Shown one piece after another: positions 39,387-52,730 of a stretch of DNA of 64,000 bases. A program made the translations under genes and the position numbers. Position 1 is the first letter of the stretch. Every line of letters begins with the position of its first letter. The stretch spans positions 5,326,898-5,390,897 of the forward strand of contig OZ199839.1 in NCBI GenBank assembly GCA_964304625.1. The letters run 5' to 3'. This DNA comes from Kudoa neothunni. Taxonomy: Eukaryota; Animalia; Cnidaria. The notes under the pieces are model-generated. The model was not told where the DNA came from and ran no database searches. It was given only the letters and a program-made list of their open reading frames with translations.

Positions 39387-39641
39387 ACTAATAATTCATC
39401 ATAATATTAACTATTTACCTATTAACTTATTGTCGTATTGAATATTACGTGTTTTTTATGCTAGTGCGAAACCAACGTTAGACTATGGAATTATATTATC
39501 ATTCAAGATTGATCAAATCTACTAGCTGTTCAAATAGTAAAATAATATTTATAATAGTAAGTAACGTAAAAAGGTAAAAATGAATTTTATTGTCCGTTCA
39601 CTGATAAATAAAAATTATAAAACAAAGGAAAAATATAAATA

Positions 39642-41763
39642 CAGTAGGTAATCAATTGTTCGTACTACGGGTTTTTCATATTTTTTAATTTATTGTTTCT
39701 CTTTTACTCTGAAAGTTTTTGTAAAAGTAAATATTCAATATTACAATATCATATTAAAATTTAATTAAAAAAAGTTTACAAATAAAGAAAAAATGATGAA
39801 AATATGAAAAATCCATCGTTGCGGATTTTACGTACTTTGTTTTGAATTTTTAGAGGGAATTAGAGGGTTTTTCGTAGTTTTCAGATGGCATAAAAAATAA
39901 AAAAGCATAACAATTAAGGAAGAATTTGAAATAATCGGATTTATTGAATACATGATTAATAAGAGAGCGAAAGCTGAAATTGTTCGACGTTTTAAGCTTG
40001 CTACAATTTCAACATTGGATGGCATTCTTAATAAGAAGGAAGAAATTGTGACAGCTTATGAAAGTGGGTTAGCTTAATCGAAAAGGAAAAATTTTAAGCA
40101 TGATACAAACAAAGAGCTTGATTCTGAAATTTTTGAATGGATTAATTTGATGCGTTCGAGAAAAATAGAGTTATCTTCCATGGATATTATTAATAAAAAG
40201 AGAGAATTGGGCTCAAATGATTCCTGTGTAGATTCATCAACACATGGATGGTTCAAAAGTTTTAAATCAAGATTCAATCTAAAAAGACAAAACTTTCATG
40301 GCGATTCTTGCTTCGTTGACAGTGAAACAGTTGAAAAATGGATTCAGTTGTTATTAGATATAATAAAGGACTAGTCACCCGACTGTGTTTTTGATATCGA
40401 CGAAACTGGGTTGTACTATCAGTAACAGCGAGGTAGAATGTTTATTTATATATTATATCATAGTTTTAGGTAAAAGCTATGTCACAACTAAAGAGAATTC
40501 TTATAACCGAATCAAAAAGAGTAAAAAAAGAATAATTATCCTTTTTGGTGTTTCTATGTTTGCTGAGAAACTCGATCCTCTAATTATTATTATGCATTCT
40601 GCTAAGCCGAGATGCTTCAAAAATTTACAAAGTCTTCCTCTAAAGTATGCATGCAGAAAAAAAGCGTGGATGACTGGTGATATATTTATAAAATATATAA
40701 CTGGCTTGAATAAGTTTTTTGAAAAAAAAACGAAGAAAGTTGTTTTATTTCTCGACAATGCAATGCGACTTCGCATTTTCACATGGATTTAAGTCATATA
40801 AAAATGGTTTTTCTTCCTCAAAACACGAAAAGTGTTTTGCAGCCTTTAGACCAGGTTATTATTCATTCGTTCAAAGCGGCATACAAAAGAGCAATGATAG
40901 AAAAATTTATTGCATTCACAGAAGCTGGCTCTCTCCCAACTCCTCCTGATCTTCTAGAAGCTATGTTTCTAACTAAAGAAGCGTGGCAGTCTTTAAGTAG
41001 TAAGACCATAGAAAATTGTTTTAAAAAAGTTGGGTTTTCATCCGCTAACGATAACGACGTCAATAATGAAATTACCCTCCATGAAATGACAGAAATTGAT
41101 GTGGAGATCGACGAAATGATTCTGGAAGAGAACAATAATTTTCAAATGGATATTGATGATTCAGATAACGTACTGCAAAGCATAGAAAAGATAGAAGAAG
41201 AACAACACGATGACGATATATTCCAAGATTGATCAGCCGAAAATACTTCTTCAAAGGAAATTATCGAATCAATTCAAAAACTTAAACGTCTCTTTAAGCG
41301 TGATGCAGTTGATGAGTTTAGTTTGGTTTTAAAACTGGAAAGCACACTGTCAAAGTTATTATTTACAAAGTTTAACCAAACTATGATAACTAATTTTTCC
41401 AAAAAAACGATTCTTAGGGTTGTTTCTCTGTTATTTTTTATTAAAATTGATAATAATTGATGAGATATGATAAAAAAACAATTACAAACGTTTTTGGTCG
41501 CTACAATAATTTAATTAAAAATCACTTAAATTAAAATCCATAACAGAATAAATTTTCAAAATATCCAAACTACGAAATTGATAAAAAAAATTCATGCAAA
41601 AATTATATAAGGTTTCATTTTGTATTATTAATTATTTATATTTAATTGAACAGAAAATGAGATGAATTTTAACAAAAAAAACCTGGCTCAGCCTCACTCC
41701 CAGTTATCAAATTCCCCCAATTGCGTATGCTCCAGCAAGTACGAAAAAATCGATTGCCTACTG
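39642..41763 (+). mobile_element. pogo/Tigger (TIGD4/6-like) transposon with degenerate transposase
   Basis: TIRs CAGTAGG(T/C)AATC(A/G)ATT...CGTACT with TA flanks. Motifs GWFKSFKSRFNL, DETGLYY, KKAWMTG, LFLDNA and FLPQNTKSVLQPLDQ; premature stops; 37-nt GT-AG intron at ~40433-40469. Confidence 0.9.
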
Positions 41764-43049
41764 TATCAACAGTCCGTTTAGCTATCTCATAATTTTTTAA
41801 ATGTTTAGCGGTATCCTTATGTTTGATATATAATATAGGAAAATATATTTACAATTAATTTCTTAATACTTGAAGCTACTATTCGAAATAACGTGCAAAA
41901 ATGACTAGCGGGTGACAATGCGGCAGTGCTATGTTAAGCAAATCAAAATTGGTGCCATTCGGCTCCATACGTATTTATTAACCCTTATATTATGACTGTA
42001 GCGGGTAATAGTAAAATGTGTGGTACCTAAAAAGCGCCATCTTAAACGCGTTTTTTCCACATTTCTTTTTTCACAATTATTCATAATAAAATAAAAGAAT
42101 ATGGAGAGCTAGAATTCGGCTCAAAATAATAACTTGAACATTTTATCGGAACTTGGTCGGGTGCATGTGAAATCTCCATATTAATTCAATAAACATTGAA
42201 TTAATCTCTAATTTGTTCCGGTAATCATTTAATTTCAATAGATAATTAATTCAAGGTTGATTATATGAAGTTATTATTTTATTAGAGGAATTCTTACGTT
42301 TGTGTTTAATATAACATTCGATAAACGTAAAAATGTTGTTATAATAAAATCTAAAAACAAAATAATTAAAAATTGTTAAGTGTTATCTAAAACGTTATTT
42401 TTTTGCCAGGGGGATTTTTAAAAGTCAAGTTCTACACATTTTTTAAAGTTTATTAATGATTAACAATATATGTATTAATTTGTCAACAAGTATATAAAGA
42501 GGGCTGTCGGTATACGTGTGCGCCCCTAAGTTCGCATATGCGGCCAAATTTTTTCCTTATAGATAGATAAATTATTTTACATTATTAATAGTTTAATTAA
42601 TTGATAAAAAATTTTTTATCTGTTAAATAACAGATAAAAGGTCAAAAATAATATTGGAAATTGCGATGTCGTCGGTACTTGATTTTTTAAACGGATTATG
42701 TGTTTTCCATAATAGGATTATCATAATTTATTCATGATTTTGAAATACATCTCATATCGTTTATCTATCTATCTGTATGTATGTATGTATGTATGTATAA
42801 ATTAGGCTTGTCAATTTGGGTGTATGCTCAAATGCACTTCCTATACTCAAACTTTTATATACAATAAGTAACCAATTTCACGCACTTTTTTCGGGTACTT
42901 CTTGTTTTTTATTTAGTTAAGTCAATATTTAATGCCAAAAAACTGCCACTGTATCAAATTTTAAAGTATCTATTATCTCGATTCCTAATGGCATCCTAGA
43001 GATGAAAAATAAAATAATCAAAACCCATAAATCTTTGTAGAATCTAAAA

Positions 43050-43360
43050 ATAGAAATTATTTGCATGCAGGGCAATTTAATTCTGTTGATGAAGACGTAT
43101 ATGAGTGGATTGGGTGGACACGATAATCATCAAGAGAAATCAATCAGCCAAAGAAAAAGGTTTACCTTCGTGTGCAAATTCGTTGAGGGTTTCGTTGTTT
43201 TAAAAAAAGGTACAACATTAAAAAATCAAATTTTATTAGCTAATCTTCTGATGCTACACATGAAACTACTTCATAGTAGACCAATCCAATCATAACATTT
43301 TTTAAGACACTCTGAAAATTTTATTTAGAGTGTAGACGAAACTGCCTTATTCTACCGATA
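43050..43360 (+). mobile_element. pogo-type transposase fragment
   Basis: VDEDVYEW and VDETALFYR remnants. Confidence 0.45.
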
Positions 43361-43899
43361 GCAACAAGAAGAATATTTCATAGATCGTTGAAAAATTAAT
43401 ATATAATTAATTAGCCTTTATAAACGCAATTTAACCATAATTAAGTGTCATTTTTTTCTGTAATGATTTTTCACGCAAGTGTGCGAAATTGGACGTGACC
43501 GATTTGACGCCCTTTTTATAAAAATAACCTTTATATACTATCCATAATTATCCGAAAGTGAATTGTTTTTTCAACTTGAAATATCACTCATATCCCTATA
43601 AAATTATTATTTAGATTATTTTATTGAACTTTAATATCGCTAAATTTTATAAACAAAATTTGTTCCGATTTGAAAAGCAGTCAAACACGAACGAGGAGGT
43701 TTCGTCGGAATTCAGTTAGTACGCACGTGTCATTAAAAAATACATAAGAAAGACGTTAGAGTAAGGAAAACAAAAATTAAGGTTAATTTTTAGATTTGGA
43801 GTTAATCCCTATCTTAACCATGGACAAACAAACCCATATGTGGATCCGTAGTAATAACCAGTACCTAAAATATACGCTGAACAATTCTTGTAAATTCGA

Positions 43900-45300
43900 C
43901 ATTTAATCTTCAGAACATCTTTAGGGTCTAATGGACCCCAATGGATGTTTGAATCAATTTTAAATAATCTTATATTACATTATTTTATTTAAGATCGCAT
44001 CTATTCTCCTAAAAATCTGAGTTCTATTAAAATATAACATGAAATTTTAACTTGTACAATCAGGTAACGAAATAATCAATATACTTTCATATTCCTTCTT
44101 TTGGGGGTCCAATTGATCCCATGTTTTTTTTTCAATCAAACAACAAAGAAAAATAAATTACAACAATTTTGATAATTGAATAAAATTTTATGGAAAGGAA
44201 ACAGAGGAAAATAGAAAAAACCATACATACGTTAAACCCCGATCACTGCCGACATGTAAAACGCTGCCGTAAATGGTTCTGAGCGTAATATTTTGGATGA
44301 ATTTGAATCCGATATCAATGCATTTTGTGATATCTTTAGATAATTTAGATATTTATTTGATTCTAATGTTTCAAATGGAATCACCTTCTTAGCCGATCAT
44401 TCCTCATATTTTATGGTGAATCTATTTTCTCAACTGCTATTTCAAACATTAACACGTTTACCAATTTTGATTATCAAAATTATTTTAAGACTTTTCAAAA
44501 CAAGATTCATTAGCTAATTTGGGAATCCATAATTGTATTCCCTTTTTTAAATCTTAATTAGAATGATTCAAATTGCTTTGAAGTGTTGGAAAAACGAAGG
44601 GATATTTTTCGAAAGATTATGCCATTAATTATGAAGAATTCAAAACCAAGAAGCTTGAAGAATCATGGATAAGTTCTTCCCCATTTGTGATATTTTTAAG
44701 GGTTGGAAAGATTGTCGTTCCGAACCTTATTACCCCCAGAAGAGTTTGACCATTGACGGGCAGCTATTTGCTTTTAGGGAAAATTGTTCTTCAGGCGATA
44801 TATACCGAATTAAATAGTTTCTCCTTACAAATCCCGAGACCAAGTACACTCATAACTTTCCTATGTATTTGGATAAAAATAATAATGAAACGTCAGAAAA
44901 TGTTGAGGAAATATTGTTCTAGATCTTTGTGTTATCATTTAATGGAAAGTGGGAGAAATACCATATGTGAAAATTTCTTTACTTCTGCTTCCATCTTCCA
45001 AAAAACTCTTACATGAGGAATGACTGGAACAATACGAAATAATAAAAGAGATATTACAAATTATCCAAAAAAGAATTCAAAAAGGGAACTTTAAGTACAT
45101 TTTTGTTTAATCGAAAATTAATATTAATCTCCTATGTTCCTATAAAAGGTACAGCAGTTTTACTGCTAACAACCTCCGGTTCATTACAAATGTTGAAGGT
45201 AGAGACTGAAAAAAACCTGTTGTTAACCTGGAATATATATAATCGTTTCCAGTTATCTTTTAGTTATATGGATTTTGCCATTTTTTATGATCCCCCCTAA
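43900..45300 (+). mobile_element. Decayed piggyBac
   Basis: SLTIDGQL, GRNTICENFFTS, GTIRNNKRDI and LISYVPIKGTAVLLLTT remnants; GGGGTC..GACCCC subterminal palindromes. Confidence 0.7.
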
Positions 45301-45748
45301 AATGATCTTAATTTTAACTGCGCTATCACAGCCATTTAAAAGTATGCTACTAACAAGAAAGGGTCATTTAATTTCTTCTCAGAGTTAATTGAAAGGATTC
45401 GTATACTCTTTTTATTATTTAAACATGTTCATCTATGATAAAATGTTCCTAATCCTATATTAAGCTGAAAAATTTGCACCGATCGGCATATATTTTTCTC
45501 TAAAGCCCTACTGAGAACAAAAAAAATTTTGTATTTAGCATCGGGATAATACTAAAGATGTCAATTAGTCACTTAGAATCAGAAAACTGATTAAATTAGT
45601 TGAATTTAAGTGAATTTGCATAGAAAATATCTCCTGTCTTCAGTTACAAAAATCTAACTCTGTGATAAAAATAAAACCTTGCGAGAAATCGTTGATATAT
45701 TCGTGTACGCTCGGGTCATAACAAGAGAGTGCAATTATTTTAGTTAAG

Positions 45749-46698
45749 ATGGAATGATGACGATGAGGAAACTTATGCTGCCGCTCCATGTAAGGGAAGA
45801 CCTTTGTGTCACTTTAATGACTGGCTGAATGGTTGTACTTCATTGGATGAAAACGAAAGTTCTTATGCCGTTGGTGAAAGTACCGCATTTTCTTTCATTT
45901 TAATAACAATTTTTATTTCATTTTCTTTCAGTACATCGAATTCCTGTATTACAGAGATTCACATAATATCGTATCAATATTGAAATGTCCTCAGTCTGGA
46001 CTGTATGAAGTTTGGATGTACGAACTGGCTCGTTTTATTGTTAAAATGTTTGAACTTTTTTATCGCATCAATGATGGTATACATTGACTGACTATGAATG
46101 TGTTGATATGTTATTTTAGCAAGTGTGTGATCGTGACAGTTGTCCCATTATGAGTGTTGATCAATCGGATTCGATGCAGATATTTTGTGCGGCTCATTCT
46201 GAACCTAGATCGGTGAGTATTAGAAAATATTGAATCTATTGATTTTATTTGGTTTAAATTTTAGTGTTGTGCTATTGACTATTGTTGTCATACGCTCAAT
46301 TCTTTAACAAAAAACGCTCAATGACCAGTGTTCATTTCCCTAGCAGGTAGAAAATTGGTTTGTAGTTCATTTTTCAAATCTGTTAGAATGAGCATCAAAC
46401 TAAGCTCGATCAATCTTGTTAAAACTCCCCTTGTTAAAACTCCCTTCCGACGTTTATACAGAATTTTGTTGCATGCCTACTGCAAACATTCTGAACTTCT
46501 TGAAAAATACCAAGTAAATTCTAATAAAATTCACGCGTTTTATTATTTAAAAAAATCCACTTTGTTTAGGCTGAATATTCGCTGATCGATATATTTTCGA
46601 ATTATTTGTTAAAATTACAAATTCTCAAGGAGAACGATCTCATAATACCTTTCAGATTGGTGGCTTGCACAGAATCTTCGGATAGTTCATCTGACTAG
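45749..46698 (+). CDS. MOB4: MOB4/phocein homolog, 6 exons, with apparent +1 frameshifts (assembly error or young pseudogene)
   Basis: HFNDW..SLDENESSYAVGE|YIEFL..VWMYELARF|QVCDRDSCPIM..IFCAAHSEPRS|CCAIDYCCHTL..FPSR|MSIK..RRLYRILLHAYCKH..|..LKENDLIIP matches phocein motifs as I recall them; introns are GT-AG, 40-56 nt. Confidence 0.88.
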
Positions 46699-47269
46699 AA
46701 AATATATTTGACTGCTATATGCTAATTTCGAAGGAACCATCGTTTGTTATTTTTTAAATTTTGTTTTAATTGTGATCATTGTCTTACTTTCATTTGTTTT
46801 TTTTTTTCAGATAAATGAGAATTATTAGAATATCTTATTTATAATTCATTGAGACTTTTGTTAATTTAATATTACTAACTTTTTTAATCCTTGAGTGAAA
46901 AGTTTCTTACATCCTAGAAAATTAGCACGAAACCCTGCCTTTGCCAGATTATACAAATATTCTGAGAAGAAGAACCCGTTTAAAATTATTTAAAAAATAC
47001 ATTAATACCTTTAGGTAACCCATAGGAAGGATTAAATCAAACAATTTTTCAGGTATTTTATTTTTAACAGTTGTGATATATGAAATTAAAATTAAGATCA
47101 TTTTACGGAGATCATTGAATAGCAAAAACTATAAGCTAGAAGATAACTTAAGAAACTTATTTTTTAGTTCAAATTAATAACACTTTATCCGATATAAGCA
47201 ATATTATATTCTTTACTACAACATAACTACGCAACACAAAATACCAATCAAATTAATAAATAGTTGGGT

Positions 47270-50200
47270 AAAGTAAATCTAAAACGTTGTTATTCAATTC
47301 AATTGATGAATGCAGGGTTGCTCCTATACCAACTTTGGAGCACTGCTATATACTCGATAAAAGGTACCGATACTTAAAACCAATATATAATGATGAATAG
47401 TGTGTCAAATTACATTAAAATGTATCGAGATATCTTTAAAATGATTCTTATATTTTTATAAATCTTTACGCATTTCACCATTGAATAATACAAAAAATAT
47501 ATTAGGTTTGCAATATTCATTAGGCCCATCAATAAAATATCAGATAATGGTAAAGTATTCTCCAAATAATAACTTAAAAATTTTGAGACTTTCTCATCCG
47601 ATCGCGGTCGGATATACGTGTAATCTCCATCTTTTTTCAACAAACATTGAACTGATCTCTAATTTGTTTTGATATTCATTCATAAATTGATTCTATTTCA
47701 TATTTTTTACCATATAAACACAAATTTTCCAATATATATATTAATTCCATAAGTTTTAAGCATGATTAGTTTAAAAGCGAGAAGACAACCACGTGCTCTC
47801 AAATATATTTTCTTAATTTTCTTGGAGCTGATTAGTTTTTTTTAATAATTAATCAACATTTAATTTAAATAGGAATAGAACTTAAGGCAGATTATAGGAA
47901 GTTATTATTTTTTGCGAGGAATTCTTACGTGTGTGTTTAGTATAGCATTCGATAAACGTAAAAATGTAGTTTTGAATTTTAATAATGACAACTGAATAAT
48001 CTCTTAATTTATAACAAAAAAATTTAATATAAAAAATTATAAACTAAAACAAATCTTACTACCTTAATATCTATATTTAAAAGTTCACCAAGTATTTTGA
48101 AGTTAGTTCATATAAAATTGTTATACATAAATAGTAATAAAAAATAACTTTTAAGTTAATAAGTAAGTAAAAAACAAAATAATTCAATGTTTGTTGAAAA
48201 AAACGCATTAAAGTTTATGCGGGGCCAAAATATATTAATTTGAGAAATAAAAATTTATTTTCTTGTGTTTTCTTTTATCCCTATTACTTTTTCTATTTTC
48301 CCCTTAAAAGTTAGTTGTGCATATATTTTCCGAGCTGGGCCAGAATTCGACTTTAAAACTCCCCTGGGTCAAAAAAACGTATTAGATTGCACTTTAAGAG
48401 AGTTTAAATAATTCGGAGACCGAAGTAAATATGACACTGACCTTGTATTATTTAGCATTTGTGATGGGACAAGAAATTGTTAATTAAAAACCCAGGATTT
48501 ATTTTATACACTCCTGCACAGAAATGATCATTATTTAAATTTCGAAATCAAAATCGACAAAGAATGTTGCTTAAAAAAATTTAGTTTGACTGCTTCTATA
48601 GATCAATTTGAAAGATAATATTTTTTTAATGTTATGAAGAAACGTTGATCAGTTCGTGATAATATCTTTAGAAATATGGCAAGCAAACAATTTAATTATC
48701 TGGTAAAATATATTACCCATGGTTTGACGTGTTCATGATTAAAAAATACCAATCCCGCGCTAAATATTTCTTTTACTGTACTAAATTAACTAGTTATCCA
48801 TGTAATGAATATTCAAATATTTGAAAAAATTAATATTTTACTGACTAATAATACAATCAGTTAGGTTCCCTTATTAAGTAAAATCAGTAAAATTTAGAGA
48901 TATAAAACTTTTTTTTGAATGACTAAAAATTTTGGCGCAATCTCGTCAGAATACAACAAACGTCTAAAACAATTGAAATTTAAAAAGCAGTATCCGCTCA
49001 ACCCTAGCTGAAAAGTTTAATGTAACGCGCGGATTCAATTAAATATAAGGTCATAGACCTAAAATTATAAGGCTTTAATCTACCTATTTATGATATGCAT
49101 TATCAATCCATCATTAATTAAGCAAATTTAAACCATTAGTAAATATTCTCAAAGTGTGCTTGTCAAGTAAAATATATTTGAGTCATCTAATATATATATA
49201 TACAGTCGAACTCCGTTTATCCGAATATGTTGGGATCTGGCATTTTCCTTTGGGATAGTGAAATTTCGGTTAAACGAAGTTCGATGAATGCGCATGTGCG
49301 ACGCTAAAAAATGTACATTGGTTTCATACTTTATTTGTTATTATTCAATGTTTGTTTTATATTTTTAAAGATAACTAAACTATATTCAAGTTATATTAGT
49401 GAATAAAATGTGAAAACATTAGTTTAGGTCTAGTAGTTCTAGATCCCACGCTGTCGGCGCCCGCACATTACCGGATATGTGTGACCCTATTAATGCCGCT
49501 GCGCCATATTAGAATGATACATTCTAGATTCCAAAAAATGGACCATTATTATTAATTTTTTTATAATTTATTCCCTATTTGGATATTGAGAGCTATACTA
49601 ATAATGATGATAAGAATAATAAAGTAACAATGAGGAGTATTTTCCCAGAATTCTCCATTAAGATATTTAGAATTTCCTCATTAATCAAAATATGTCATAT
49701 TCCAACAATTTAATATTGATTAATGATTGTTAAGACTCGATACGACTTAAAAGTGGAAGTGTTATGGGCTAAAACTGATGTGTGAATATTGTTGAATTGA
49801 GTAAATTCCGTGGATAAATCGGTCTTATGAAGTCACTTCTAGTTTATGATTAAACAATCCAATAAATTCCATTTTTATATTTTATTAATCATGAAAAGAT
49901 ATAAGGGGGTTTGTCTTTCTCCAACATTTATTCGTTCATCATGAACATGGTTGCATTTTGAACATAAAATATTATATTATCTACGTTACGCTATTTCTAT
50001 TAATAAAATATAAACTCAAATTGAATATATAACGAACACATGTATCAGAAAAGGTAAATGTAAGTGCCATTTTAACGGGGCACTAATCCAGACTTCAAGG
50101 CATTATTTTTATCCGAAAATTCCAGCCAAAAGTTGTTTCGGATTGCGGTTGCTGAAATTTCGGTCAACGAATTTTTTTTATTTATAATCTACATCATTTT

Positions 50201-52325
50201 CAAATAAATTTTAAAAAATCACTCGGATAGCGCGATTTTCGGATAAACGGGGTTCGACTGTATATAAGGAATATAATTGAGTACATTTTATAAAAAGCAC
50301 ACCTAATTTCTGTATACAGATAGATGACAATATTAACCCTCTAATTATCCCAACAACGGTACCCCTGTAACACTTTTGAGGTAAAAATTACCCCACTTTT
50401 TTAATGCACCGATGTGTGTAAAAAAATAAATAATTTGGGGATACAAAATATTGTTAAATTTAAACGATTAGAATCATTGGAATATTGTATTAATTACGCC
50501 AATAATCTCAGATTAATCTTGATTATGACATTATCAGTTAATAAAAAACACATTGAAAATTAAAAAATAAACAAGAAAAACAAATATAATCACAGCAATT
50601 AATTTTGACGCTTTAACAGAATTTAGAGTTTTTCCTATCATTTACCTTTCACAATAATCTCAGCGTGACGATTTTTTATTTAAAATTGATTCTTTATTCG
50701 AATTTCTTTTGATAACTTTTCTGGAGATTCTATTTACAGTGAATTGTACAATCCTTCAGAAATCTCTTTCAGCAAGTTTCTCCATTTTTTCTCTAAATTA
50801 AATACATCGTTGAATAATGCAAATGCATTAATCAACGAGATATGAATCATGTGAAAAGACGATAATTGGTCATCTTTAAAAACTTCTGGGTAGAAATTGA
50901 TGCCAGTGTTACCAGTGGTAATTGTCTATCCTTATGAATAGCTATTAGTATTACAAGGCCTACATAATCTTTAAATTCAACTTCATACGTATGATGTAAC
51001 CCAGCATAGGAATAGAGATTTCCAAGCACATTTTTGCATATCTTATGATAATACTACCGATTTCTGGGGTAAAGGATGACAAAAACCAATCAATAAATGA
51101 TTTTATTTTCGATACATCGTATGAAGTGGCTCTAAGCATGGAATTCACTTGTTTTCGGCACAGGTTTTTTCTCATAGGTGGCTTTGGTAAACTACAAATA
51201 ATTCCACTTTTACTTTTTTGAATTATTATCATTAATATCTATGGGATCTATTTCGTCGTCCAATATATCACTTTCATCAATAAATTGATCGTCGAATTCG
51301 CTTCCAGATGAAGTATATTCGTCAATGAAATCACTCGTGTCATTCATTTTGAATTATGCACTATGTACATTGGTCCAACTAGTCATTTTGTTCGTCGTTT
51401 TCTTCAAATCTACTCGTTTGAATTAACGAATAATTTATTTTTTGGTTATTTATAAAATACTCTTTACATTAAACTAATAAAAATTGGGGGTAAATTTTCC
51501 ACCAAAAAACGTTTGGGGATAATGTTTAAATAAAATTTTTTATTTTCATCAGTTTTTACCAACTCGTTTGGTAAAAGTAAATCACTGTAAGTTGCATGAA
51601 TACTGAAAATTTGGTGAGGCTTAATGAATGAAATAAAAAGATATGTTTAATACAAAATCGTTAGGGGGTTAAATTAAAGTTTGATTATAACGTGTAAGAA
51701 GAACGTTAACGTCAACTAACACCTTGAAATAGGCGATTTTAATCATATCGTATCGAGGATAATTCTTTAAGTGAACTTTTTTAATCCGGCCAACGAATTA
51801 AAACCCGGTAAAATAAGTATTTCCTGTTTACTTCTAGAGTTTTTCATAATACCAAGACAATGAAAATAATTTTCTCCATAATTTAATGATTACAAATTTC
51901 ATAAATATTTGTCTATAAGAGGAAAAAATTTGTTCGTCGGGGAAAATAGGAATTGTATGGTTAGTACGCAGTAAGAAAATAGAACAAATTATCGCTTACT
52001 TGATGAAAACGTGTAGATTATTAAATAATTGAGATAATTAGGAGCTAAGAGTAGCTCTAAAGCGAACATCGTTAAGCGTTCCAGCCTTAAATTAGTCACC
52101 GCATTGAAAACAATTTTGTGAATAGAATCAAAAATGTTTTCAGACGTTATCGCAAAACTCTTAGAAAAAAATTCAAACCACTCGATATAAGAATGAAAGA
52201 ATGGATCGAACTTTCGAGAACGAGAAATATAAAGCTTCCCAGAAAGTACAATATAATAGGAAAATAAATTAGCCAACGACATAAAGGACAACACTCGTAT
52301 AACTGTCGGTCGAGGACAGTTCCAT
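47270..52325 (-). CDS. Uncharacterised multi-exon gene with TE-filled introns (structure tentative)
   Basis: ATG at 52325, short GT-AG introns and open exons at ~52000-52235, ~48720-48780 and ~47470-47650; linking them into one gene is inference. Confidence 0.3.
49203..50260. mobile_element. pogo/Tigger non-autonomous element inserted in (TA)n
   Basis: CAGTCGAAC(T/C)CCGTTTATCCGAA TIRs at both ends with TA flanks. Confidence 0.85.
50337..51668 (-). mobile_element. Internally deleted piggyBac
   Basis: TTAA|CCCTCTAA ... TTAGGGGG|TTAA; N-terminal transposase remnant (FTPEI..II, EVEFKDYVGLVIL). Confidence 0.8.
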
Positions 52326-52730
52326 GAGTTTCCTTCGAGAGTCAGTCAGTCAGTCTAAAAATGAACAAATTAAATAGAAATTTAAAATAAATAAATTAAT
52401 TATTCAAGATCCATTACTTTGAAATGCTGGAACACATTACAAAGTTAAATTTTCCCTTTTATTAAATAAGTTTCGTTTAAAACAAGAGGAATAACAAATT
52501 TCTTGTTGAAAAAATAATTCTGTCTTAAACTACCTTATTTATTTTCAAAATACTTTGTGAAAATAAAAAAATTATTACGAACACTTTTTACATCTCTATC
52601 AAAGTCATTATTAGTGCAATGAGAGAATAAATAAAAAAAGACAGTAAAACATAATACATTTTTCGAAACAGACAAATTTGCCATTGACGAAAATTCCAGG
52701 ATAACTGTTCATTACAGGATTTAGGCAGAA

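Noticed and set aside
42499-43514. Sola-like element with GAGGGC..GCCCTT ends
   Set aside because: Inverted match is weak, with no convincing TSD or Sola transposase.
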